Below, one piece after another: positions 52,668 to 62,138 of a DNA stretch of 64,000 bases; positions within the stretch are counted from its first letter, which is position 1; each line of letters starts with the position of its first letter. The notes beneath the pieces were generated by a model. It did not search any database and was not told the DNA's origin. It saw only the letters and a list, made by a program, of their open reading frames with translations. Source of the stretch: an uncultured Verrucomicrobiae bacterium (GTDB lineage Bacteria; Verrucomicrobiota; Verrucomicrobiia; Palsa-1439); assembly GCA_963812605.1 (NCBI GenBank), contig CAWEWF010000002.1, positions 64,001-128,000 on the forward strand. Reading direction: 5' to 3'. Both the position numbers and the translations under genes were made by a program.

Positions 52668-53273
52668 TTACGACGCCGCCTTCCGGCCGCGCCGCTTCCA
52701 TCCGAACTCCAGTTGCGGTTCCTTCAGCAACTCATAGTTCTTCAATAACCGCAGGATCTGCAGCAAATCCGATTTTCGGTAATTGCGGTTGATGGCCACG
52801 CTCGCAACCAATTCCTGCAGAATCGACCGGAACGAGATCACGCCGTCGACTCCTTTCGACCGCAACACCTCGATGCTGCGCTGCCGTGTTTTCGCGTCGC
52901 GCGGCAATCCGGGCACGATCAGGATTTTTACCAAACCCTCGCTCCCGACCAGCCGCTGCGCCTCCTCGATGACCCGTTTCTCCACAAACCTAAAGATTTT
53001 CGGTTGGTTGGCCAGCACGCCCGGCGCGAACACTCCAGTGTGCCATCCTTTCACCGCGACAATCGCCCGCGACACTTGCGACAATGTCTTGGAAGTGATC
53101 TCGAACTCGGCCGGTGCGGCCTCTGGCGGGACGGCCGGATTCAGCACGATCAAGTCCACTTCTTCGTCGGCGCTTTTCTGTCGCGCCTGGACGATGTACT
53201 TGCGTCGCTGACAAACCAGGAAGCCGTGTAACTCAAAATACTCGCGGACAATGTTCTCATCAACGGCAGACAT
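52668..53273 (-). CDS. Conserved hypothetical protein with PD-(D/E)XK nuclease-like motifs
   Basis: ENIVREYFELHGFLV ... EEVDLIV ... VAVKGW; overlaps the aroB end. Confidence 0.55.
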   Translation of the reverse strand: MSAVDENIVREYFELHGFLVCQRRKYIVQARQKSADEEVDLIVLNPAVPPEAAPAEFEITSKTLSQVSRAIVAVKGWHTGVFAPGVLANQPKIFRFVEKRVIEEAQRLVGSEGLVKILIVPGLPRDAKTRQRSIEVLRSKGVDGVISFRSILQELVASVAINRNYRKSDLLQILRLLKNYELLKEPQLEFGWKRRGRKAAS

Positions 53274-54369
53274 CCACGACCTCCCTGATGTCGGCGTCCG
53301 TCACCGCATCCGAGACAAATGCTTCACCGAGGCGTTTTAGCAACACGAATCGCAGTTTGCCGTCACGGGCTTTTTTATCAAGGCGCGCCGCTTCCAACAA
53401 CTCTCCCAGCTTGAAGGTCTTGCCGAGCCGCGTTGGCAGGCCGCTGGCGGTAATCAGGCCGCACAACCGTTGCGCTTCCGCCTTGCTCAGGCCAGCGCGC
53501 CGGATGGACAACTGCGCCCCGGCGCACATGCCCATTGAAATCGCTTCGCCGTGAAGCAGGCCGTTGTAATCCGACAGCGTCTCCATCGCATGACCGACCG
53601 TGTGGCCGAAATTCAGGAGAGCGCGCAACCCCGATTCGCGTTCGTCCGCGCTGACGATCTCCGCCTTGATCTCGCAGCAGCGCCGCACCACGTGGGTCAC
53701 CGCCTCAAAGTCGAGCGCCAGCACCCGCTTGTATCCCTGCTCGAGCCACGCAAAAAATTTCGCATCGCGGATCGCCCCGTGCTTGATGACTTCCGCGAAG
53801 CCGCCGCGCAATTCACGTTCGGGCAATGTCCTGAGCGTATCGATGTCGGCCAGCACAATCTTCGGTTGATAAAATGCACCGACTAGATTTTTGCCCTGCG
53901 GCAGATTCACACCCGTCTTGCCGCCGACCGAGCTGTCCACTTGCGCGAGTAAACTCGTCGGCACCTGCACCAGCGCCAGGCCACGCAAATAGCTGGCCGC
54001 CACAAACCCGGCCAGGTCACCCACTACGCCGCCCCCGAGCGCGATAACGAACGACTGACGATCCAAGCCGCACGAGGGCAGTTTCTCAAAAAGCCGATTG
54101 GCTTGCCGCAATGATTTCGACGCTTCGCCTGCCGGCACGCTGAGAACCTCAGCGGCAAATCCGCCCTTCCCCAGCGCGTCGCACAACGGCCCCGCATACA
54201 GCGGCTCGACATTCGTGTCCGTGATGATGATGCCGTGCTTGCCCAGTTTGAGTGGGCGCAAATACTCGGCAGCTTGCGACAGCAAGCCTTTGCCGATCAG
54301 GATGTCGTAACTGCGCTCACCCAATTCGACACGCACCCGCTCGGGAAGACCTGTTTTTTTAGCGCTCAT
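53260..54369 (-). CDS. aroB: 3-dehydroquinate synthase
   Basis: GEASKS, ALGGGVVGDLAGF, PTSLLAQVDSSVGGKTG, LNFGHT.GHA.E, HGEAI. Confidence 0.96.
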   Translation of the reverse strand: MSAKKTGLPERVRVELGERSYDILIGKGLLSQAAEYLRPLKLGKHGIIITDTNVEPLYAGPLCDALGKGGFAAEVLSVPAGEASKSLRQANRLFEKLPSCGLDRQSFVIALGGGVVGDLAGFVAASYLRGLALVQVPTSLLAQVDSSVGGKTGVNLPQGKNLVGAFYQPKIVLADIDTLRTLPERELRGGFAEVIKHGAIRDAKFFAWLEQGYKRVLALDFEAVTHVVRRCCEIKAEIVSADERESGLRALLNFGHTVGHAMETLSDYNGLLHGEAISMGMCAGAQLSIRRAGLSKAEAQRLCGLITASGLPTRLGKTFKLGELLEAARLDKKARDGKLRFVLLKRLGEAFVSDAVTDADIREVVDVCR

Positions 54370-54407
54370 GGAATTGCGGCAGATTACAACCGCCGCGCCG
54401 GGGCTTG

Positions 54408-55739
54408 TCAACCTTGAATCGGCTCGGCTCTTATGTGTAAGACACGATGTGTATCGTCTCTCACTTTGAAAGGCTCTGCGATTCGCTGGCCAACGACCCA
54501 GGCGATGCGTCCGTCAACTGTGCAAACCAGCGGTATGCGACCTCGCTTTAGGCGGGGCACTTTCTCATCCACGAAGAAGTCCTGCAGCTTCTTCGTCTCG
54601 CTCATCCCCAGCGGCTGGAAGCGGTCACCATTTTCCCATGTGCGAACGACCAGTCCCTCGCCGAGCGCATCGGCATCGAAGCATTCTTTGAAGTGCGGCG
54701 ACTCATCATCGCGCTCCAAAACAAACCGCACTCCCAATTCTCGAATAACCGTCTCGCCCGATAGGCTCAGGGGCCACTTCCCCTTCACAGGCTCCAGGTC
54801 TTTCCGACGCGCCTTCTGCAACCACTCGTACTCGCGGTACACGATCAAATCGCCCGGCAAATCGATGGCCGCGCTGGGCGCATCACCAAGCGCCGCGTGT
54901 CGCACAGCCTCGATTTGATCGAAGGTGAAACTCGGCCCGTTCTCGGAATCACCGCCCAGCCAAAACCGCAAGACGCGGCGCTGGATGGCGGTCGGGTAAT
55001 TCGCCAGCGTCTTCACGTTCACCGCGTCGTTCTGGCAGGCCGCCATGTAAAACCGCTGTGCGACGTGATGCAGCAGGTAAAAATCCTCGTCCCGCAAAAT
55101 CTCCGCTGTATTGAGCAGCACGTCGCGGATCGCGGGGTTGTACTCACGCTCCAACAACGGCAGCAACTCGTGGCGGATGCGATTGCGGGTGAATCGGGTG
55201 TCGGCGTTGGACTTATCTTCACGATACGAGAGCTTTTTCGCCGCCAGGTATTCCATGATTTCCTGCCGCCGAACTTTCAACAGCGGTCGAATCACGCGCA
55301 GCGTTCCCAATTGGCGTTCGGGCCAAATGCCGATCAACCCAGGCACGCCGGCGCCACGCAGGAGTCGCAACAAGAACGTTTCAACCTGGTCGTTAGCGGT
55401 ATGCGCGAGCACGAGCTTCTTCAGACCGGTGCGTTCGGCCACACGCCCAAAGAACTCCCGCCGTGCGCGGCGGGCGCTATCTTCATCCGATGCGACCGTG
55501 CAAGCCTCAATGGAACTTGGCAAATTGTACCGGGCCGCGAGTTGGCGCACAAACTCGGCATCCCCATCGCTGTCCGCGCCGCGCAGTTGGTGATTGAGGT
55601 GGCAAACATGCGGTCGCCAGCCAAGTTCGACAAGGACACTTAGCAAGGCGACAGAATCCGGCCCGCCCGATACGCCGATGAGTAAAGCCTCGCCCGGCGC
55701 GAGTGCTTTTGCCAGGGCGGCTTGTACTTTGGAGAGCAT
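54408..55739 (-). CDS. tilS: tRNA(Ile)-lysidine synthetase
   Basis: SGGPDS PP-loop, NHQLRG, AHT.NDQ.ET.L..L.RG, RPLL, RNRIR, KKLQDFFVDEKVPR. Confidence 0.95.
   Translation of the reverse strand: MLSKVQAALAKALAPGEALLIGVSGGPDSVALLSVLVELGWRPHVCHLNHQLRGADSDGDAEFVRQLAARYNLPSSIEACTVASDEDSARRARREFFGRVAERTGLKKLVLAHTANDQVETFLLRLLRGAGVPGLIGIWPERQLGTLRVIRPLLKVRRQEIMEYLAAKKLSYREDKSNADTRFTRNRIRHELLPLLEREYNPAIRDVLLNTAEILRDEDFYLLHHVAQRFYMAACQNDAVNVKTLANYPTAIQRRVLRFWLGGDSENGPSFTFDQIEAVRHAALGDAPSAAIDLPGDLIVYREYEWLQKARRKDLEPVKGKWPLSLSGETVIRELGVRFVLERDDESPHFKECFDADALGEGLVVRTWENGDRFQPLGMSETKKLQDFFVDEKVPRLKRGRIPLVCTVDGRIAWVVGQRIAEPFKVRDDTHRVLHIRAEPIQG
54687..54720. repeat. Degenerate GGAG-type REP-like palindrome translated in frame inside tilS
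   Basis: Minus strand TTTGGAGCGCGATGATGAGTCGCCGCACTTCAAA; 16/17 match to 48154-48170. Confidence 0.6.
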
Positions 55740-55769
55740 GACTGATTCTGTTGTCACGACCGACAGGCG

Positions 55770-57052
<1,283 letters not shown>

Positions 57053-57094
57053 GGGAGCGGATGATACGGCGCGGTGCGCGCCAGAGCAAGCGCG

Positions 57095-60000
57095 TCAGAA
57101 GCCTATGATTTTCGGCGCTGCGGCAAGGGCCTCGGCCAATTTTTCAGGTTGCTTGCCACCGGCTTGGGCCAGATCAGGCTTGCCGCCGCCACCGCCACCG
57201 CAAATCTTCGCCAGTTCGCCGACGATCTTGCCGGCATTTTTGCCCTCTTTGACCAGGTCGGGTGTAACCATGCAAATAAGCGAAACCTTGCCTTCCGCCA
57301 CGCCACCCAAAACCACAATCCCGCTGGTCAGCTTCGGCCTGAGCGCGTTGACGATCGCCCGCAACAGATCGGCATTCGCATCGCCAAGATTACTCACGAG
57401 CAACCGGCCCTGCAATTTCGGCAGCAACTGCTCGGCCATGGCGGGCGCCTGCGCTTCCATCGCGGCCTGGCGTTGCTTGGCCAACTCTTTCTCCATCTCG
57501 CGCGCCCTGGCTTTCTCCGCCTCAGCCTTTTCCTGGTCGCCTTGCTTCGCAATAAATTCCTGGGCAAATTGCCCACAGACCGCTTCGACGCGACGAATCC
57601 CCGCCGCCACGGCCGATTCGCGCATGATCTTGAACAGGCCAATCTCGCCCGTGGTCTTCGTGTGCGTGCCGCCACAAAGTTCCATCGAAAACCCATCCAG
57701 CGCCTTGTCGTGTCCGCCAATCTGCACGATGCGGACGATATCGCCGTACTTGTCGCCAAAGAACTGCATGATATTCGGCTTCCCACGCACTTCCGCAAAA
57801 GGCATTTCAAACCAATACACGGGCAATGTTTCCTTGATCCGCTCGTTCACCAGCTTCTCAATGTCCGCGATCTGCTGGTCACTAAGTTTCTCGGGTTGGT
57901 TGAAATCAAAACGAAACCGGTCCGGCGCCACCAGCGACCCCTTCTGCCGCGCGTCCTTGCTCACGACCTCATGCAACGCCCAATGGAAAAGATGCGTGAC
58001 GGTATGGTGTCGCTGGATATTCGACCGTCGCGGCACATCCACTGCCGCACGGACTTTTTGGCCGACCTCCGGTAGCGCGAGCCTCTGGCTTGCGGTCGTT
58101 TGGCTTGCGGTCGTTGCCTCAGAGCGATGAACGTACACGTTCCCCTGTTTCTGCGTGTCGTGAACGACCGCAACCGGGACGGTCGCGTTACCCGGCGAAA
58201 AGATTAGCCCCGTATCCCCCACTTGACCGCCCATCTCCGCGTAGAACGGTGTCCGGTTGAGGATGACGTTGAAAGTCCTCTCCGCTCCTGGGGATACGGC
58301 TTCCACCACAGCTTCAACTTCGAGATTGTCATAACCAAGAAACTTCGTTGGCTCAACCTGCAGATTCTCGGTCGCAACGCTAATCACGGACTTCTTTTTT
58401 TCATGATCCTCGCGTGCCCGTTGCCGTTGCTCGTCCATCAATTTCTCGAAGCCAGCGGCATCAACGGTAAAACCTCGCTCTCGCGCAAGCAATTCCGTGA
58501 GATCGAGGGGGAATCCAAAGGTATCGTAGAGCACAAACGCCTCGTCACCACGAACCACGTTGTCGATGGGACGTTCTGGTTGCGGCATGCCCGGGGATTT
58601 CGGGCCATATGAGATGTCCACATATTTGTTAAAGTGCTCAATCCCGCGATCTAGTGTGCGGTTAAAGCTTTCCTCTTCTGCTTTAAGCAACGTCTCGATT
58701 TTTGCCTTATTGCGACGTAGTTCAGGAAATACTCCTCCAAAATTCTCCGCTACCACATTCACCAGTTTATAGAAGAATGGCTCGCGTAACCCGAGATTGC
58801 GTCCATAACGGACAGCGCGGCGGAGGATGCGGCGCAGGACGTAACCTCGACCCTCGTTCGAGGGCTGGATTCCATCAGCAATCGCGAAACTCAGGCAGCG
58901 GATGTGATCGGCAATGACGCGGAAAGCGATGTCGATTTTAATTTGTTCTTCTGATGGTGGCGCAAGCGTCCCTGCTTGCGGTTGTTCACTTGAGCCACCC
59001 GTTTGTCTGGCATCGATCACGACACCCAGCGTTTCCGTCGAGTGCCAGAACCATCGATATGCCTCCGGCCGTTCCGCCAATTGTTTCTTGACCGCGTTGT
59101 TCGCAATGTAATTCCACTTCTCTTCGTATTCCGCTTCATCGCGCACAATGCGGTCGTAGCTTTCGTGCTGCCAAACTGGACCAATCCACTGCCACTTCTT
59201 TTGAATCTGATTTGCCGTATATGACTTGATGCCGTGAAGCACCTCGCTCAGGGCGTGAAATCCCCTTTGCGCAACCGTCTGCGGGGAAGAAGCGTCGAGC
59301 GGAAGCGGCCACACCAGCAGATGAACGTGATCCGGCATCACCGTCACAGCGCGCAGGTCGTATTTACTCCCGTGCGAATGATGGCAGGCTTCCAACACAC
59401 AGTCGCGCATTTCGGGGGTCAATTCTCTCCGTTGATGCGTTCGAAATGTGACGAAATACACTGCACCAGGAGATTGCCAATGAGGAAGGCGGCGTTGGGA
59501 AACCGAGAATTGTTTGATGCCATCAATTGATTCGCAAGCAGGGACGCTTGCGCCACCCAAACCACCCGCAGGCAGCGTCCTGGTGTACTTCTTTCCGCTG
59601 AGCTCCTCCAGTTGGCGGAAGATCGGACTGAAGACATCGGTCTCGTAGTTGGAGATTCTTCCGGTGAAATCCTTGAAGCCGTTCGTGCATTGGATCATCG
59701 AACACACACGCTCGAAACCCATGCCGGTGTCCACGTGTTTCGCGGGCAATGGTTCAAATGTACCGTTGGGTAAGGCATTGAACTGAATGAACACGAGGTT
59801 CCATATCTCGATGCACAACGGGCTGCCGGAATTGACGAGCTTGGCGCCGCCGTCGCCGTTGAGAGTGAGGTCGAGGCTTATCTCGCTATTCGGTCCGCAA
59901 GGGCCGGTATCGGCCATCATCCAGAAATTATCTTTGCGGTTGCCGGGGACGATGTGGTCAGCGGGCAAATAGCGCAACCACAAGTCGCGCGACTCGAGGT

Positions 60001-60442
60001 CCGCGGGGGCCTTCTCGTCGCCGCCAAAATATGTCGCGTAGAGCCGTTGCTTGGGGAAATGCCATCTCTCAACGAGAAGTTCCCATGCCCAATCGATGGC
60101 TTCCTTCTTGAAATAATCGCCAAAGCTCCAATTGCCCAGCATCTCGAAGAATGTGTGGTGATACGTGTCGAGGCCGACGTCTTCGAGGTCGTTGTGTTTT
60201 CCGCCGGCGCGGATGCACTTCTGCGTGTCCGCAGCGCGTGTGGGCGAACCGGGGATGGCACCCGGCCATTTGTCCACGTCGGGTGCGCGCTGGCCGAGAA
60301 AGATCGGCACAAACTGGTTCATCCCCGCGTTGGTGAACAGCAAGTTCGGCGCGTCCGGCAGCAACGAACCGGACGGCACGATGGTGTGCTGTTTTTCGCG
60401 GAAAAAATCGAGAAAGCTCTGGCGTATTTCGGCCGAAGTCAT
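57095..60442 (-). CDS. alaS: Alanine--tRNA ligase with an in-frame inserted RAYT/Y1 transposase domain
   Basis: LFTNAGM, HHTFFEMLGNWSFGDYFK, EIWNLVF.Q, DTGMGFER, IADH.R, GYVLRRILRR, LYDTFGFP, HHTVTHL, ELCGGTH, GGGGG DHHA1; 1115 aa uninterrupted. Confidence 0.96.
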   Translation of the reverse strand: MTSAEIRQSFLDFFREKQHTIVPSGSLLPDAPNLLFTNAGMNQFVPIFLGQRAPDVDKWPGAIPGSPTRAADTQKCIRAGGKHNDLEDVGLDTYHHTFFEMLGNWSFGDYFKKEAIDWAWELLVERWHFPKQRLYATYFGGDEKAPADLESRDLWLRYLPADHIVPGNRKDNFWMMADTGPCGPNSEISLDLTLNGDGGAKLVNSGSPLCIEIWNLVFIQFNALPNGTFEPLPAKHVDTGMGFERVCSMIQCTNGFKDFTGRISNYETDVFSPIFRQLEELSGKKYTRTLPAGGLGGASVPACESIDGIKQFSVSQRRLPHWQSPGAVYFVTFRTHQRRELTPEMRDCVLEACHHSHGSKYDLRAVTVMPDHVHLLVWPLPLDASSPQTVAQRGFHALSEVLHGIKSYTANQIQKKWQWIGPVWQHESYDRIVRDEAEYEEKWNYIANNAVKKQLAERPEAYRWFWHSTETLGVVIDARQTGGSSEQPQAGTLAPPSEEQIKIDIAFRVIADHIRCLSFAIADGIQPSNEGRGYVLRRILRRAVRYGRNLGLREPFFYKLVNVVAENFGGVFPELRRNKAKIETLLKAEEESFNRTLDRGIEHFNKYVDISYGPKSPGMPQPERPIDNVVRGDEAFVLYDTFGFPLDLTELLARERGFTVDAAGFEKLMDEQRQRAREDHEKKKSVISVATENLQVEPTKFLGYDNLEVEAVVEAVSPGAERTFNVILNRTPFYAEMGGQVGDTGLIFSPGNATVPVAVVHDTQKQGNVYVHRSEATTASQTTASQRLALPEVGQKVRAAVDVPRRSNIQRHHTVTHLFHWALHEVVSKDARQKGSLVAPDRFRFDFNQPEKLSDQQIADIEKLVNERIKETLPVYWFEMPFAEVRGKPNIMQFFGDKYGDIVRIVQIGGHDKALDGFSMELCGGTHTKTTGEIGLFKIMRESAVAAGIRRVEAVCGQFAQEFIAKQGDQEKAEAEKARAREMEKELAKQRQAAMEAQAPAMAEQLLPKLQGRLLVSNLGDANADLLRAIVNALRPKLTSGIVVLGGVAEGKVSLICMVTPDLVKEGKNAGKIVGELAKICGGGGGGKPDLAQAGGKQPEKLAEALAAAPKIIGF
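58071..58094 (+). repeat. GTAG-type REP-like hairpin inside alaS, overlapping a 15-bp tandem duplication (58086-58115)
   Basis: GGTAG-CGCGAGC-CTCTG-GCTTGCG; TGGCTTGCGGTCGTT x2; encodes TTASQTTASQRLALP. Confidence 0.7.
58956..58980 (+). repeat. REP element, left arm of a 25-bp inverted pair
   Basis: GGTGG-CGCAAGC-GTCCCT-GCTTGCG, internal 7-bp hairpin; exact reverse complement of 59533-59557. Confidence 0.92.
59533..59557 (-). repeat. REP element, right arm of a 25-bp inverted pair
   Basis: Plus strand CGCAAGCAGGGACGCTTGCGCCACC. Confidence 0.92.
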
Positions 60443-60472
60443 AGATCCTGCAATTCGCCCACGGCGAGACGG

Positions 60473-61549
60473 TTATTCGGTGCCGCCGATGCGTTTCCCC
60501 AAGCTGACGCCCGCGGCAATCTTTTCCTTTACGCCGATGATAATCTGGTCGAGCATCTTCCCATTCTCGCGCAGGAAATCCTTCGCGGACTCCCGCCCCT
60601 GGCCGATTTGCTGGCCGTCGAACGCCAGCCACGAGCCTTTCTTTTCAATCACGCCGAGATCGGTCGCCACGTCGATGACCGAGCCTTCCTTCGCGATGCC
60701 AACGTCGTACATGATGTCGAACTCGGACTCGCAAAACGGGGGCGCGACCTTGTTCTTCACGACCTTGGCGCGCACATGGCTGCCCACGACCTTGCCCGCC
60801 GGGTCCTTGATGACATTGATGCGGCGCATGTCGATGCGCACGCTGGAATAAAACTTCAGCGCCCGTCCGCCCGGCGTCGTCTCGGGGCTGCCAAACATCA
60901 CCCCGATCTTTTCGCGAATCTGGTTGGTGAAGATACAGGCGGTCTTGGCCTTGTGAATGCAGGAGGTCAGCTTGCGCATCGCCTGGCTCATCAGCCGCGC
61001 CTGCGCGCCGACAGTGGCATCGCCCATCTGGCCTTCCAGTTCCGCGCGCGGCACCAGGGCCGCGACGGAATCGATCACCACCACGTCCACCGCATTGCTG
61101 CGGATGAGCGTTTCGGCAATCGTCAACGCCTCTTCGCCGCTGTCCGGCTGGCTAATCAACAAATCATCAAGATTCACGCCGATGCGCCTGGCATACGAGG
61201 GATCCACCGCGTGTTCGGCATCTACGAACGCCGCCAGCCCGCCCGCGCGCTGGGCGCTGGCGATGACGCTGAGCATCAACGTCGTCTTGCCGCTGCTCTC
61301 GGGCCCAAATACCTCGGTAATACGACCGCGCGGGATACCGCCGACGCCGAGCGCCAAATCGAGCGCAAACGCACCCGTGGGAATGACCGGAATGTCCACG
61401 TGCGACATCTCGTCGCCGAGGCGCATGATGGAGCCGCTGCCATATTGCTTCTCGATGGCCGCGAGCGCCGCCTGCAAATTCTTGTCCTTCAGCGCGCCCG
61501 CCTTGCCCGCTGCGGATTCTTTTTCCTTGGTTTCAACTTTGGCCGACAT
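60473..61549 (-). CDS. recA: Recombinase A
   Basis: [61 protein letters not shown]. Confidence 0.98.
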   Translation of the reverse strand: MSAKVETKEKESAAGKAGALKDKNLQAALAAIEKQYGSGSIMRLGDEMSHVDIPVIPTGAFALDLALGVGGIPRGRITEVFGPESSGKTTLMLSVIASAQRAGGLAAFVDAEHAVDPSYARRIGVNLDDLLISQPDSGEEALTIAETLIRSNAVDVVVIDSVAALVPRAELEGQMGDATVGAQARLMSQAMRKLTSCIHKAKTACIFTNQIREKIGVMFGSPETTPGGRALKFYSSVRIDMRRINVIKDPAGKVVGSHVRAKVVKNKVAPPFCESEFDIMYDVGIAKEGSVIDVATDLGVIEKKGSWLAFDGQQIGQGRESAKDFLRENGKMLDQIIIGVKEKIAAGVSLGKRIGGTE

Positions 61550-62138
61550 CGTGAATCTCCTTTTGGTTGTGCGCTCCCAGAGCGTGTGACGAAAGCTTCA
61601 TGTACCTCGAACCTTCGGGATGAAGTTGGCTCTCGAAGAGATGGATGGTCTCCGCCCGCAACGTCCCGAAGCTTGTATCTTTAAGGGAATCGATGGCCCT
61701 TGTCAACGCAGCGTCCGGGCGCGGCGATTTGACTCGTCCGAGTGTCAGGTGGCCCGAAAACTCACGGCGTTCGGGCGCAAACCCCAACGGCTGTATAACG
61801 TCCTGCACCGCGCGCGCCAGGGCTTGCAGCCTGTTCCCCGTGTCCTCGCACCCGACCCAGACCACGTGCGGGCGCTTTTCATCCGGAAACGCTCCCGCGC
61901 TCCGCACCGATAGCTCGAAGGGTTGCTGTTGGGCCGCGACCAACCGCAAGGCTGGCTTGATCTGGTCAACGACCGCTTCCTCAATATTGCCGAGGAATTG
62001 CAACGTAAGATGTAGGTTCGCAACCTTGGTCCACGAAATTTTCACGCCCACCAGCGCCTGCTTCAACCGCGCCTGCGTCTCCTCGATGGCAGCGCGCACG
62101 TCGTCGGGAATATCGATGGCAATGAATGTGCGAATCAT
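61533..62138 (-). CDS. thpR: RNA 2',3'-cyclic phosphodiesterase (2H family)
   Basis: MIRTFIAI, two HxT motifs ([16 protein letters not shown]), LFESQL. Confidence 0.9.
   Translation of the reverse strand: MIRTFIAIDIPDDVRAAIEETQARLKQALVGVKISWTKVANLHLTLQFLGNIEEAVVDQIKPALRLVAAQQQPFELSVRSAGAFPDEKRPHVVWVGCEDTGNRLQALARAVQDVIQPLGFAPERREFSGHLTLGRVKSPRPDAALTRAIDSLKDTSFGTLRAETIHLFESQLHPEGSRYMKLSSHALGAHNQKEIHDVGQS

Larger units (their letters stand above)
58956..59557 (-). mobile_element. REP-RAYT-REP cassette (HUH/Y1 REP-associated tyrosine transposase) inserted in frame in alaS
   Basis: RRLPHW, YFVTFRT, VMPDHVHLL (HUH at 59321-59329), IKSYTA, VWQHESYDRIVRD, NYIANN (Tyr at 59108-59110), flanked by inverted REPs. 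Confidence 0.9.

Noticed and set aside
58956-59557. The alaS insert as an intein or a group I intron/IStron
   Set aside because: No Hint-domain blocks or terminal His-Asn. The roughly 600 nt are almost fully occupied by the Y1 domain and REPs, leaving no room for a ribozyme core.
58956-59557. A classical IS200/IS605 element with tnpB
   Set aside because: No tnpB and no independent start or stop. The inverted GTGG-footed hairpins and RRLPHW/WQ motifs fit RAYT better.
59954-61684. 576-aa + strand ORF, and similar long ORFs at 56481-58130 and 48966-50390
   Set aside because: Antisense shadows of recA, alaS, serS and topA in GC-rich DNA, with no recognisable motifs.
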